Origin: Heterodontus francisci | Lineage: Eukaryota | Direction: 5' to 3' | Assembly (NCBI RefSeq): GCF_036365525.1 | Contig: NC_090377.1 | Span: forward strand, 101,908,923-101,972,922 | DNA length: 64,000 nucleotides | In this document: piece after piece, positions 1-14,300 of the stretch | Position numbering within the stretch: position 1 is the first letter of the stretch | Layout of the letters: each line of letters begins with the position of its first letter | Notes under the pieces: model-generated | What the model saw: the letters and a program-made list of their open reading frames with translations, nothing else | Database searches by the model: none | What the model was told of the DNA's origin: nothing | Position numbers and translations under genes: made by a program

Positions 1-1494
1 AAATTAGGCAGTCTGGCAATAATTAAAAGAAGCAATCTCATGTGATTCCATTTCAAAGATAAAAGAGTCAAAAATAATTGGCTTTGTTAAAAAATAACCC
101 ACTTGACAGTGAAAATATTTTTTTTTTTTTTAAATCCTTGAAATTTTAAATGTCTTATGTTTAATTTTGTCCAAGATGAGAGTATATTAGGTGGATTTGA
201 CAGTAATTGAACCCAAATCAGGGACTGAAGGTGGTACTTCTGTAATGTGCACGATTGTGTTCTGAACAGGGTATTGCATTGAGTCATTGAGATTCTAAAC
301 AAGGCAATGCTACAGCATTTAGTTAACAGCAAATTAAACACACTTAATTTGCTGTTTCTATTTGGTATTTTCTTAATCATCTTTATGTCAGGCAGATAGT
401 TCCAACAAATTGTCATCCATTTTATAATGGCTTTATTTCTATAAAATCAATCAGACTATACATAATGCATCAGTTATCGGCAAAAATTGGAAGGCAAATC
501 TTAATGCGCCTGTTAGTGGGTCAAAGTTAATCAATATCACTTCCAGGTCATTGAAACTTCTGTCAAGTGGATGTTAATGAATGGATGGAACAGACACAGT
601 GACTGGAGAGATCCTTCCAGTCTATTGTACATCTGACTGATGTCTCTCATTACCATAAGACCACAAATTAATAAAAGATCAGGAAGTTTTGAAACAATTT
701 TATTTGTTCCCTTCCTTTCGAAGATGCTGACTCCTGATCGAGAACTGTTTCATGGGCACACTTTGGTACCTGACCCATGTAGTTATAAATGGAGACAGTG
801 AATGAAAAGTAGGCTATTTGTCAATGGAAGGTATCATAGCAAAGCCCAGTCCTGATCTCACCAACTTCTCCACAAACACTTTTCAGCAAGGAGGTACTGG
901 ATAGCATATTCTGCTTAATTTTTCCCTTCCTTAGGCCAAGGACACTGAGGTCAATTGTACTATCCCAATCGCTCCCGGAGCTGAAATCAGCCGATTTAGC
1001 AGATTGAACTTGAAATCTTGTGCGTGCAGGATTAGGGGGAGAATATCTGCCAATCTCACAATGCAACTTCACTGGAAACCCTGAAGAAATAGTGCAAACA
1101 GCTGCTTTTAGCCTGTTACACCATTTCTCATTGAGTTCTCTCAATCTTTCATTGGAGAACCCTTGTGGAAATTCCAGGCATTATATACAGCATATGTACA
1201 AATGAGCATTATGAATAGGAGCACGCAGGTGAATCATTTAATCCAGTTATTAGGGAGCAAGAAGAAAATCTCATTAGGTTTATCAGTTTCTGAAGGTTAA
1301 ATAGTAGGAACCAACTAGAAGTGCTATATGTGGATTTATTTTTATCCTTCAGGTTACTGACACATGCAGAAACTTATACTCAACATCCTCCAAACCCAAA
1401 CTACTTAGAAATCCATATAGTTTTCATCTACCTACCAAGGAGAGCATATTCTTTTCTGTATGAAAACACATCCACATAGCCAAGCCCAGAAAAT

Positions 1495-2257
1495 GTATAT
1501 TGGTTGGCAAGAGCTGAATATTATTTAAATGGAGACTGCAGAATGCTGCAGTACAAAAGGATCTGGGTCTTCTCATATACAAATCACAAGGTAACATGCA
1601 GGTACAGCAAATAATTGGGAAGGCAAATTGAATATTGGCCTTCATTGCAAGGGGGATGGAATATAAAAATATTGAAGTCTTGCTACAATTGTACAGGACA
1701 ATGTTGAGACCGCACTTAGAGTACTGCATAGAGTTTTGATCTTATTTAAAGAGGGATATACTTGAATTGGAGACAGTTCAGAGAAGGTTCACTAAGTTGA
1801 TTCCTGGGATGAAGGTGTCGTCTATTGAGGAAAGGTTGAGCAGGTTGAGCCTATGCCCACTGGAGTTTAGAAGGAGGTGGTGATCGTATTGAAACATGTA
1901 AAATTGTGAGGAGGCTTGACAGGATAGAAGCTGACAGGATGTTTCCCCACATAGGGGAATCTAGAAATATGGGGCAGAGTTTAAAAATAAGGGGTCTCCC
2001 ATTTGAAACTGAGATGAGGAGGAATTTCTTCTTAGTGCCATTAATCTTTGGAATTTTCTACACTAGAGAGCAGTGGAGGCTGGGTCATTGAATATATTCA
2101 AGGCTGAGTTTGACAGATTTTTGAACTACAAGGGAATCAAGGATTATGGGGTGCCAGCAGGAAAGGAGAGTTAAGGCCACAATCAGATCAGCTATGATCT
2201 TATTGAATGCAGAGCAGTTTCTCGGGGCCAAATGGCCTACTCCTGCTTCTATTTCTT
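1495..2257 (+). mobile_element. CR1 LINE 3' fragment (degraded RT C-terminus plus 3' UTR)
   Basis: ORF ...LDRIEADRMFP..GESRNMGQSLKIRG..FETEMRRNFF; CR1 tail ggccaaatggcctactcctgct. Confidence 0.85.
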
Positions 2258-2394
2258 CAGAAAGTTTAGGGATCCTTAATTTGAACAGGGGTACTACTGT
2301 GTTTTAATTGGCAAGCAGAGTCAGCTTAGCTCAGTTGGCAACTCACCTGAATCAAAAGGTTGTACATTCAAGGGCCAAACAGTTTACCTTGTAT

Positions 2395-2600
2395 AAAAGC
2401 AAAATACTGCAGATGCTGGAAATCTGAAATAAAAACAAGAAATGCTGGAACCACTCAGCAGGTCTGGCAGCAGAGTTAACGTTTCGGGTCAGTAACCCTT
2501 CTTTGGAACTGGCAAATATCAGAAATGTAAAAGGTTATAAGCAAGTGAGGCAGGGGTGGGACAAGAGATAACAAAGGAGAAGGTGTAGATTGGACAAGGC
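2395..2600 (-). mobile_element. Penelope-like terminal repeat fragment (degenerate hammerhead core)
   Basis: aaaagcaaaatactgcagatgctggaaatctgaaataaaa family motif; core reads CCAAAGA...GAAACGTT on the minus strand. Confidence 0.75.
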
Positions 2601-2699
2601 GGAGCAATCCAGTCAGTCCCACTCCACCGCTCAATCCCTGTAGCCTGAGAATTGTAAAAGTAGTTGCTCTCTTCCTCCCTTCTCGTTGTACATTTATTC

Positions 2700-2925
2700 A
2701 GTACAAATCATGGATAATCTTCTCATCCGCATGTTCAAATCCACTCACGACTACATAGTCCCTTGGCTCTGTAATCTTCTCCAGCCCTACATCCCTCCTA
2801 GAACTCTGTTCCTTCAACTCTGGCTTCTTGAGCATTCCAAAATCCCTTCACCCCACCATTGCCTTCAGCCGTCTAGGCCCTATGTTTTGGAATTCCCTCC
2901 CTAGTTGTCTCTGCCTCTCTCTCCA
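2700..2925 (+). mobile_element. L2 LINE 3' fragment
   Basis: Remnant translation ...LCNLLQPYIPPRTL...AFSRLGP.FWNSLP typical of L2 ORF2 end. Confidence 0.65.
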
Positions 2926-3489
2926 GAGTCCAAGGGGAATGCAAACTATTGCACCAGTGTCTGGGAGCAGCTGTGTTGTGCAGCCCACACCAGAAGCAGG
3001 CATGTTGTGAATGCCATTTTGGAATCAAAATAGGGGCCATCGTGCCAACAAAAAAAAAAAATGGGCATGACAACTGACTTTTGCAACCATTACGTTCCCA
3101 ATCTTCCCCTTCTTTGAGCTAGATTTCAGATATTGCCAGTACATCATAATCCCATGATAATTTCAGCCTGCAGCTTACCAACCTTATTTACCATGCTCTA
3201 TGCATACGCACTCCAAACCTATCCTACCTGCCTTGCATTTCCCCTGCCAGATCCCTATTTCTGAACTAGTTTCCTCCAAAATCAGCAGCATCGCTGTGTG
3301 TACCCAAGTAATTAAAAGGCTTGTACGTTTACTTGTACTTGAGCTCAAGAGGAACACCAGCATGTAACAGTGATGACTGGTTAAGAAGACACTGAATAAC
3401 AATCAAGCCTGGAACTCTAGCTGAGTTTCCTACTCCTTAGGTCAAGAACAAAAGCCAGCTGTCATACCCTTACGGCTTGACAAAGACAC

Positions 3490-3570
3490 AAGTACAAATG
3501 AGTGCAAGGCAAAAAACAAAAACTTTATTGTACACAGTAGAGATGAAACATTTATTTGGTGTACAAGACA
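3490..3570 (-). terminator. Polyadenylation signals of ETV5
   Basis: Two AATAAA on the minus strand (3551-3556, 3524-3529), each preceded by TGTA (CFIm-type) and followed by a GT/T-rich tract. Confidence 0.7.
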
Positions 3571-5135
3571 GGATTTCCCTTAAATGCACAACATGTTTTG
3601 AAAAGAAAAGTTGCGAAATCTCCACGATTAATGCATCTAAGAGTCATTAAAATGGACTTTGCAGCACATGAGTTAAAAGTAGAAGCAAAAAAAATTAATT
3701 GCTAAAATAAAATACAATTGAGATCTGGTGTAAAAATAATTTTGTTTCCAATAATATAAACCCTGGGGACTTTATACATAAAATATAAAGCACTGAAAGC
3801 TTGTGGATATGCTGCAATTATACAATTGCAATATGCCATTGCAAGATACAATGTGCAGAAACAGTCATACCTATATTTAGATTTCCAAACATTAAATTGT
3901 AAAAGGTGTTCGGTGCAAAGCTTGAAGCAGGCATGTACAACCTGCAGCAGAATTAACTGTGTTACACAGTAAAAGCCCTAACCCCCTGATTGAAGCTGTA
4001 ACATTACCAAAATATTGGAACTCTATACTTCAGAGTGCAGTGCCATTAACAAAAAAAAAAATTGCCTTAAATAGAAAGACAAAAACAAAACAAACAAAAC
4101 ATTTTTTTGAAAAATTCCTGTCAACTGCTTCCCTTTTCCCAACCCCACCTTCTGCCCTCTCAAAGACAGTGACAGAGATTTACCTCATTAGAGCTGCTTA
4201 TGGGGAACAATTTATACACAAATGATACTGAATAGAACTACCTTTCCTACAGCTGGCTCGCACTATTAAAGAATTGATTCCAGCCTTTTCTTTTGCAGAA
4301 AGATTAGATAACAGAATAGGAGGGGGTGGGGCAAAAGAGAAGGGCAGGAAAATCAAGTGGCAGCGGTAAACCTGAATAAAGCTCTTCGTTCATTTGAGAA
4401 AGGAGGAATTAAAACATTTGAAAAATGCTACATATACAAGTGTAGTTTAGAAAAGGCGCAAGAGGAAAATAATGTGTCCAGGTATCAAAGAACTTCAGAG
4501 TTTGAAGGGTTAAAACATTTTGAAGCTTTTTTTTAAAAAACAAAAACAAAATAGACTACAAGCTGTACTGTATTGAAGTCTCAGCTAGACAGGACTCATC
4601 TTTAGCTACTTATACAGCACCAGTTCGTATCCAGTCCGGGGAACAGATCTACATGCTATAGTGCATACTATTTTTTTCCGAGTCTGACCCATGATACGAC
4701 TGTGGGATTGTGCAAGTTGAAGCCCTTTAACATTAGAAAGGCAGCTGAAAGAACTGTGTTCAACACAAAGCAGATTGTCAATACAAACGCTACAGTCACA
4801 CGGTCTATCCAAGCTCTGTGAATGCCATACTGAACAATCACAAATGCCACACCTGAACGCATTTCTGATAGTAACACACAACCTAGTCATTGGGCTTTCT
4901 CCCCATCCCATAACTATCAAAGTGGAGGACAAAGCCATATTAAGTCACGCTTGTTAGTGCATCGTCAGTGAAGCACGTGGCAGCTTCTTCAGTAGTGATG
5001 CTACTGTACAACTTTTAGGCTCTTGCATGTTCTGAAGAGCTGTATTCTCAACAGCTGAGTGCAACAGTACCACATAAGATGCTCTTTTTCAGCTGGACAG
5101 TGATGCATTCAGTCACATGGGCAGCTGTGAATAAG
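3500..5135 (-). other. ETV5 3' UTR (~1.6 kb)
   Basis: AU-rich stretch without recognisable repeats between the stop codon and the polyA signals. Confidence 0.7.
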
Positions 5136-5357
5136 TCAATATGCAAAGCCCTCTGGATATTGAAGATTGTTGCAGTGATCCATTTTCAACAAGTAGGCCG
5201 AATTATCATCAAAATGCGTGAGAGGAACAGTTTCGTCCTTGTTAATATGACAATCGATTTCAGTCTTCAGGAAGGGGCGTTGATTGTCTGGGAAGGCCAT
5301 AGAGAAAAGTGCCTCAGGGTCACACACAAACTTGTACACGTACCGTTCCCCTGCGAC
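5136..5357 (-). CDS. ETV5: ETV5 last coding exon ([28 protein letters not shown]...EGFAY*)
   Basis: ctcttTAG acceptor, TGA at 5136-5138, 222 nt. Confidence 0.96.
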   Translation of the reverse strand, partial: VAGERYVYKFVCDPEALFSMAFPDNQRPFLKTEIDCHINKDETVPLTHFDDNSAYLLKMDHCNNLQYPEGFAY

Positions 5358-8300
5358 CTAAAGAGCGGAAAAACCAATAGATAAACCCGACTATACTTCT
5401 CTAATCTGAAATACTCCAGATGATTGAGAACAGATTTCAAAGTTATAATTGTATGTTAAAATAGAATACACAATGCAGGGAGAGTGTTAAAACAATTAAC
5501 CAATGGACAAGACAGTAATAGGATATGGGATGGGCACAATTGACAGAAACCCAACTGCAAATCAATGTTTGAACACGTCATTTTGAAAGACAAACAACCT
5601 AACATTTTACTTAAAGTGGAATTCTGTTTTTTTTTGTTTTAAAAGGTTAAATCGTAATGGGTTAAAATATTAAGAGTTGGATATTTAGGGCTGTGCTGCT
5701 TAGATAGCAAGTGAGCAGATTTCACAGGTGCTGCCGCTTTAAGACAGACTGTTACAGGGCAGTAGGGTTTGACACTGTGGAAGCCCCCTTTTTTAAAAAA
5801 AAACCTTGACTTTCCCACCTTTTGCATGATCCCCTTTTCATAGTAATAGCGAAGCGAGCGGCTCAATTTGTCATAGTTCATCGCGGGGCGGTTTTTCTGG
5901 ATGCCCCAGCGCCGAGCAACCTGTAGCAGAAGAGGAAAAGAAAATCTGTGTTTATATATTTGTAGATATGGAGACCGCACAAATGAGCTCTGAAAATGGA
6001 CGCAAAGATGAAATAACCACAGACTGTGTTTGTGCGCTATTGATCTATATCCCATTAGCGGCATTTCAGTAAATGCAAGAGCATGAATTTAGAAATCAAT
6101 AGAAAGTAATAGCAAGGCCCATAGGTCACCATTGTAACAGAATAGCACATCAGCCGCTTGCTAATGGGGCTGTTGATTTGGCAAGCACAATTTTAATGAG
6201 ATTTTGGAAAGGGTTTAGTCCTTATCGGCCAGTGCATCTTAAATAAAAGAGGGTGAAAATGGCAGTCCTTCTGCTCCCAAGGGCACCCACTCCAGTAATT
6301 TAACATCGTACTCGAAACTGCAAATATGAACTTGTAGGACATGGTTGAACAGAAATAAAAGAACATAATGTTCATTCAAAAAAAAAGTTCTCTAAATCGA
6401 AACCGGCTAGTATGTCTTGTGATCTTCCTAAAATTAGCTTGCTGGCCTGTAAATGTTGCAACATAATGCGTCCTTCAAATCCCTTGGAGGTCTCCAAGTG
6501 ATCAGATGAACAAGGTGCGTGTACCAGGCATTCGTCATAAATGGATGAGCAACCAAAGCTAGTTCCATTGCTGCATCCTTCATGTCTAACGAAAGACCTT
6601 ATAATTAGGGCTTAAAAGAAACAGCTTGCACTCTGAAAAATAATGAGTTGTATTATCATCTTGACCATTGACATACAAATCAGAGCGCTTTTGATTCAAA
6701 TCAAACTTGATTCGGTTGGCAAGTAATTAAAGATCTTCCATTTTATGCATTTTCAAAGCCACAAGCAGGCTTCTCAGGTCTGTAAAGCTGCTGCAATTTC
6801 AGTCACAATTTGTTAAACATGCATCTCTCAAATATGCATAACCCTCACATCAAAAGCACTGCACAGATTCATTTAACACAAGTTTCACTGTTGCCATAGC
6901 AGCATAATCCAGTTCTTGAAGTGGAGTTTTTCCATCCACTGTTATCCCAACCATAACGAGGGCCACTTTTACAGGTCACGGCCTCTTTACTTTCCTAACC
7001 ATTCTTGCTGATGCAGCAAATCCGAATACATTGACAAAACATACTGATATTGCACTTTCCTGTATTCATTTCTAAAGAGAAATGCACCAGCTAAAGAGTT
7101 GAACAAAAGAAATATATTGTGGCCTATCCAAAATAACACCATCTACTTCACTGAACAGTCAGGGCAAACACTTATGCAATTTCGTAGTTAATACCATGCA
7201 TCAGTCTCTATCGGGAAACAAGAGGCGAGGAAGACGACCGTATCCAAAGGTGTCCATGAATCACGAGAGCCTCAGTTGTGACCTGTGATCTCCCTTCCCC
7301 AGGTTCTGGAAAATAGCCCTGCGTTTGGATTTCTTTTCAGCTGGTTTGTTCTGTTTGAATATTGTGGGACTGGAGGTTCTTTGTTATTACTCAGTGGTAA
7401 ATTATTCCAAAACAACAGCAAAATTTGCTAGTATCAACAAATGGAGATACATGCAGATTAATGGGAACATTACAAAAGTTCAGAAAACCCTGCCCATATC
7501 TTCATCCAATAACTGATCATTGAAATAGCAGGAATTAGGTACACATGATAGTTAATTGCTGTATTGGGAGTTTCACTTCCATGCAAATTTTATATGAACT
7601 ACCCTAGACTGGATTTGTAGCTGTCTACGTTAAGCAGGGTGATTCTGCCTACCTCCAAGTTTCACTCAGATCTGGATCTATTTACTAGCAGTGCCAGTTT
7701 CCAGTAATTCCATCCCATGCACAGCTGTCTGAACAAGTCTGAAAAATACTGTGTGGTTTCAACTAAAACCTTTCCTGGCCCCAGTGGGAGCCTGTATCTT
7801 GTTTGTTCCATGGGTCCTTTCCAGTTATCTGAGCAAACCCGAGGCAGCCGGTTATCTATACCCTTGGGTATACAATACCGTTGAGCAAATATTTTCCTAA
7901 TGGAATGGAATGGAACACTGATATTTTGTAAGTAATTTGTGGGGGACATAGACTTTTTGGACTGTGTAGCTGTGGAATACTAGAAAATTAGGATGGTTGA
8001 TGCTTTCATCTAATCCCCCCACCCCCCGCCGCACCACACACAAAATTTAAAAATACAGACAGTAGCTTCAGGCAAGCAAAGGATTTAACAAGTTACTGGA
8101 GACATGGCTGCACATAGTTACTGCTCCTTATGAATGGAAGACTTGTGACCACACCCTGGCAGTACAGATTAATAGCCCCATTAAAACCTTGGGGCACAGC
8201 GGAAATCTTAATATGCAAAAACAAGTAAAAGGCCCGGTCTCCATGGAAATGGGGCTTCAGATCATACTCTTGAACTTATTTGAACTCCAGGAATATGCTC

Positions 8301-11300
8301 TATGTTCCAGACCACCATTGAATGAGTCCCAGCTATTATGTACTATTTCTAGGTAAATCAGAAATAAATGTGGGACAGTCGCAGTTTTATCTTCCCGCAT
8401 CACAATGGAAAGTTAAATCTGATACAAGTTTATAAAAAGAGTACACAGTAGTTTAAAAAAAAATGGTAGTGTTCCTTAAATGGTTACTTTGTCTTGGTAT
8501 ATCATATCGCTGAACGTTACAAGATAAAGACACTGAATTATTAACAGAAAAAAAAAAGTTGTTTCTTATTCAAATAATTCTGCTGAACTAAACAAATGCA
8601 AAGTTCAGATAAGCCATTCTAATTTCCATTTCTTTAAAAATAGATCTGGCTCTGTTCTTTTAGCCTTTGCTTTGCCACAGCATCTCAAATACATAAATCT
8701 ACAATGTTCTGGGTGATCTGTTTACACATATGGTAAAGTCTGGGGAACCAACCTAGAAACGGCTACCACTACTACCAGCTGAGGGCCCAGACAGCTGAAG
8801 GCACAGCCACATGGAGCAATGAAAATTAGAGAAGCGCAACAGGCCAGAACTGAAGGAGCACAGAGATCAATTCAACAAAATACTGACAGGGAAAAAAGGT
8901 CCTGACATAACATACCTCTTCGGGTTCAATCAACTTGAATTCCATGCCTCGCCCTGTCCATGCAATGAAGTGGGAATTAGATGGATCATCCAGGAGTGTC
9001 ACTAGGAACTGCCACAGCTGTAAAGACCCACGACGCTGGTATGGCAGATTTTCCCGGTACACAGGGGATTCCTGTTTAACTTTATCTGTTGGAAAATTAA
9101 GTCAAAAATGAGAAGTTGGTTTCATTTTTCATATGGACTCTTTCCATCTCAATAAACATCTATCCTCACAGAATTAAATCCAACACTTACAACAAAAAAA
9201 AAAATCCTGCTTTGCATAACTCTGCTCAGAGGAGATGAGTGTTTTGTATATTTTATATTGATCTGAAGAATGTGTAGAGAGATTTTCCTTTTCCACAGGG
9301 TCAGTTCCTTTAGGAACTGACAAAAATTCCATTGATGACCGTGAATGACTTGAACAAACATGCGAGAGGAAAAAGGCTCACATTAGATGTTGTTGGCTAA
9401 ACCTCTCGGTCTCAACCTCAACAGCTGGCACACTGTAAGCAATAATGAATAGTTCAATTTTATCCCTTTCAATAAAAACACACATGCACACACACCAGCC
9501 TCGTTCCTCAACCACCATAAAGGGTTAGAATACAAGGTTCTAATTCTTCTATTGTATATTTTTTGTTTGACGTGGAAAAATTAGTGTTTACATAATTATT
9601 GCATCAATACTGTTGGCCCGAAAGTGAATCACCAACTGAACTGACTCACCCCATTCTAACAACGATTGCATCATTGGGAACACTTCAAGTTTTAGCAACA
9701 TATTAAATTGAATTTTAAAAACATCTTAATTTATTAGCAATGGACTTTTATTTGGAATAGGCTTTGCCTCGACCCCACCCCAAATATTTCTCTTCTAGCA
9801 AAGTTATGGCTCTTGCTCTAGCACATGATCCCCACAGGTGACTTGCCTTACAGTAATACCCCAAGTGGCCATTTTCATGCGTGAATTCAGGTAAAAGGAC
9901 TTGACCACAGTGATGGTGGTTTGGTGGGTAGGGCAGGTACATAAGGGCTCCCAATCCAGTTCTTACCATACAATCACGAATTTGATTGAGTTTTTTTTGA
10001 GGTGACCAAGAGGATTGACGAGGGCAGGGCGATGGACGTTATCTACATTGACTTTAGCAAGGCCTTTGACAAGGTCCTGTGTAGTAGGCTGGTCCAGAAG
10101 GTTTGAACACATGGGATCCAGGGTGAGCTCGCAAAGTGGATACAAAATTGGCTTGGTGATAGGAGGCAGAGGGTGGTAGTGGATTTTCAGATTGGAGGCT
10201 GGTGACCAGTGGTATGCTGCAGGGATCAGTGCTGGGCCCTCTGTTTGTCATATATATTAATGACTCCAATGTGAATGTAAGGGGCATGATTAGTAAGTTT
10301 GCAGATGACACCAAAATTGGTGGTATAATGGACAGTGAAGAAGGTTGTCTAAGGTTTCAACAGGATATCGATCAACTGGGAAAGTGGGCAAGGGAGTGGC
10401 AAATGGAATTTAATGCAGACAAGTGTGAAGTTATGCATTTTGGGAAGTTAAACCAGGGCAGGACATATACAGTGAATGGCAGGGCCCTGGGGAGTGTTGT
10501 TGAGCAGAGAGACCTTGGGGTGCAAGTACATAGTTCCCTGAAAGTGGCCACACAGGTAGACAGGGTGGTGAAGGCGGCGTATGGCATGCTTGCCTTCATC
10601 GGCCGAGGCATTGAGTACAAGAGTTGGGACGTCATGTTACAGTTGTCCACAACATTGGTTAGGCTGCATTTGGAGCACTGTGTGCAGTTCTGGTCGCCGC
10701 GCTACAGGAAAGATGTGATAAGCTAGAGAGGGTGCAGAAAAGATTCACGAGCATGTTGCCTGGTTTGGAGGGCTTGAGTTATAAAGAGGGATTGGATAGG
10801 CTGGGTGTGTTTTCCCTGGAGCGAAGGAGGCTGAGAGGGGACATGATAGAGGTATATAAAATTATGAGAGGGATAGATAGGGTAGATAGCCAGAGTCTGT
10901 TTCCCATGGTAGGGGTGACTAAAACTAGAGGGCATAGATTTAAGGTGAGAGGGAGGAGGTTTAAAGGGGATCAAAGGAGTAAATTTTTCACACAAAGAAT
11001 ATTGGGTATCTGGAATGAGCTGCCTGAGGAAGTGGTGGAGGCAGGAACAGTAGCAACATTTAAGAGGCATCTGGACAGGTACCTGAATGAGCAAGGCGTA
11101 GAGGGATATGGAATTAATGCAGACAGGTGGGATTAGTATAGACAGGCATTATGGTCGGCATGGACGCGGTGGGCCGAAGGGTCTGTTTCTATGCTGTACG
11201 ACTATGACTAATTACATGTACATTTTGCAGCAAGGGTCACTAGATGGTGATAAGCAGCAACCCTGGTTGATAACTCTCAACCTCCAATTGTCATGATCCT

Positions 11301-14300
11301 ACTAATCGCTCAGCTTAGATCAACTAATTTAACAGACTGGTGAACAAAACTGATTCCCTTGGTTCATGGAATTTCTTTGGAACTAAAATGAAACAGAATT
11401 TTAAAAAAGTAAACAAACATCACTTACGGTCAATCCTATCTGGTACGACACATGTATCATCATAGTACAGTCGTGGATCTCTCTCATAAGTAAAACCTGG
11501 GAAAAAGGATAAAAATGGATATTTTCAATTGACTAATCAATTAGCAATAGACTTATTTCCATTGCCAACCTACTCAGATTCAGTCAGAAAATTCTTTATG
11601 TTGAATGTGAGCTTGTTCATTTAAAAAAAAAAATTTCTTAAGTTGACATTGGCATGACATAAATCCAATAATTCCTAATGTGTTAGAGGAGATTTAGTGA
11701 ATTACAGGCAGATACAGATTATATATCAGTCCTGGAACATTTGACAAGTTTGCAGTGGGGCTGATAAGTGGCAAATGCAGTTCAACGCAAAGAGGTGCAA
11801 AATAGTAGAATTTGTTGAAGGAAATAGGTTAAGTGAGTGGGCAAAAATTTGGCAAATGGAGTATAATGTGGGAAAATGTGAAATTATCCATTTTGGCTGG
11901 AAGAATAAAAAAGCAGTATATTATCAAAATGGAGAGAGATTGCAGAGTTCTGAGATGCAGTGGGATCTGGGTGTCCTAATACATGAATCGCATAAGGTTA
12001 GTATGCGGGTTCAGCATGTAATTGGTAAAGCTCGTAGAATATCATTTACTGCAAGGGGAATTGAATACAAAAGTAGGAAGGTTATGCTTCAGTTATACAG
12101 GGCATTGGTGAGATCACATCTGGAGTACTATGTACAGTATTGGTCTCCTTATTTAAGGAAGGATGTAAATGTGTTGGAAGCAGTTCAGAGAAGGTTTACT
12201 AGACTAATACCTGGAATGGACAGGTTGTCTTAGGTGGAAAGGTTGGACAGGCTAGGCTTGTATCCACTGGAGTTTAGATGAGCAAGAGGCGACTTGATTG
12301 AAATATATAAGATCCTGAGGGGTCTTGACAGAGTGGATGTGGAAAGGCGGTTTCCTCTAGTGGGAGAATCTAGAACTAGGAATCGCCATTTCAAAATAAG
12401 GGGTTGCCCGTTTAAGACAGATGAGGAGAATTTTTTTTCTCAGAGGGTTGAGTGTCTTTGGAACTCTCTTCCTCCAAAGGTGGTGGAAGCAGAGTCTTTG
12501 AATATTTTAAAGGCAAAGGTGGATAGATTCTTGATAAGCAGGAATTTGGAGTAATCAGTTCAGCCATGAACATATTGAATGGCAGAGCGGGCTCAAGGGG
12601 CCTACACCTGCTCCTAATTTGTACGTTCATATATATGTTGGACATATACCCTAAATGACAAGATCCTTAACAGAGTAGAAGAGCAAAAAGATCTAGAAGC
12701 ACAAATTTGTAGACTTTTTTTTTTAAAAAAAGCTAATACTGTCGGTAGAAAAGGCCTTAACAATGGAATTCAAATTGTGGAATATTGGAATACAAAAGGA
12801 GGCGATATTTAGAGTTACACTGACTTCCTGCATTAGTGTAAAATGGGTGTTAGGGAATTGCCAGCCCGTTTTACATCCCTCGATTTTTATTTCTATAATT
12901 ACTGAACAACTAGCACCAGCACGGAGATTATGTTCCAAATGGCCTCCTGTTGTGCTGTGGTTTCTTTTGATTACATTCTATGATCTACTAACACTGAATA
13001 AATTTTAAACATTGCTTAGCATTCTAAATTGGACAGCCTAAAGATAAAGAGCAATAATACAGAGCAAAATACCGGGAAGCTGGAAGCAATCTGAAATAAA
13101 CAAAGTAAACGCTAGAACTACTCAGAAGGTCTGGCAGCATCTGCAGACAGAGAAGCAGAGTTAATGTTTCAGGTCTTTCATCAGAACAGGTCAAAGTTAT
13201 AAATGTAATAGGTTTTTAAGCAGGTGATATGGGGAGGGAGGGACAAAGAACAAAAAAAGAAAGGCCTTTGATAGGGTGGAAGACAGCCGAGAGTTGGGCA
13301 GGGCCTATAGGAGTGGCAATGAGGCAAGAAACAAAAACAAAAAGATGCGCCAAAAGCAGATGTGCCGAAACATGCAATGAAAAGGAAACGAAATGGGGTA
13401 GAGATTGAATTTGATATTGCCTGAAATTGTTGAACTCAATATTAAGTCCAGAAAGCTGTAAAGTTTCCATTTGAAAAATGAGGTGTTATTCCTTGAGCTT
13501 GTGTTGAGCTTCACTGGAACACTGCAGTAGGCAGAGGTCAGAGAGGTCAATGTGAAAGCAAAGTGGAAGATTAAAATAAGGGACCTAAAGCTAGTGTTCA
13601 CACTTGTGGACTGAATGGAGGTATTCTGCAAAGCGGTCACCCAATCTGCTTTTGGCTTCGACAGTGCAGAACAGATCACATTATAAACAGCGAATACAGT
13701 ATAGTAAATTGAAAGAAGTCCACGTAAATCACTGTTTCACCTGGAAGGAGTGTTTGGGGCTTTGAATGGTGAGGTGATGCCTTGGAAAGGTGACGTAGGA
13801 AAGGGAGGGGGTGATTGAAGAGTGGACCAGAGTATTGCAGAGGGAACAGACTCTACAGAATGCTGAAAGGGGAGGGGAAGATGTGTTCGGTATTGCCGCT
13901 CCCACAGGCCCAGAAAAACTTTTTCCTGTCTTCCACCCTATCACAGACCTTCCCTTTTGTTCTTTTCTCTAACTCCCCCTTTCCCTGCCTCTGTATTTGC
14001 AAAACCTCAACTTTTTCCAGTTTTGATGAAAGGTCATCGACATGAAACATTCAACTCTGCCTCTCACCACAGATCCTGCCAGACCTGCCGAGTATTTCCA
14101 GCATTTTCTGCCTTTATTTCAGGTGGCACAGTGGTTAGCACCGCAGCCTCACAGCTCCAGGGACCCGGGTTCGATTCTGGGTACTGTCTGTGCGGAGTTT
14201 GCAAGTTCTCCCTGTGTCTGCGTGGGTTTTGCGCCGGGTGCTCCGGTTTCCTCCCACATCCAAAGACTTGCAGGTGATAGGTAAATTGGCCGTTGTAAAT

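Noticed and set aside
14122-14200. tRNA gene (A/B boxes); likewise 22175-22240
   Set aside because: SINE heads followed by SINE body and LINE-derived tail; no full cloverleaf
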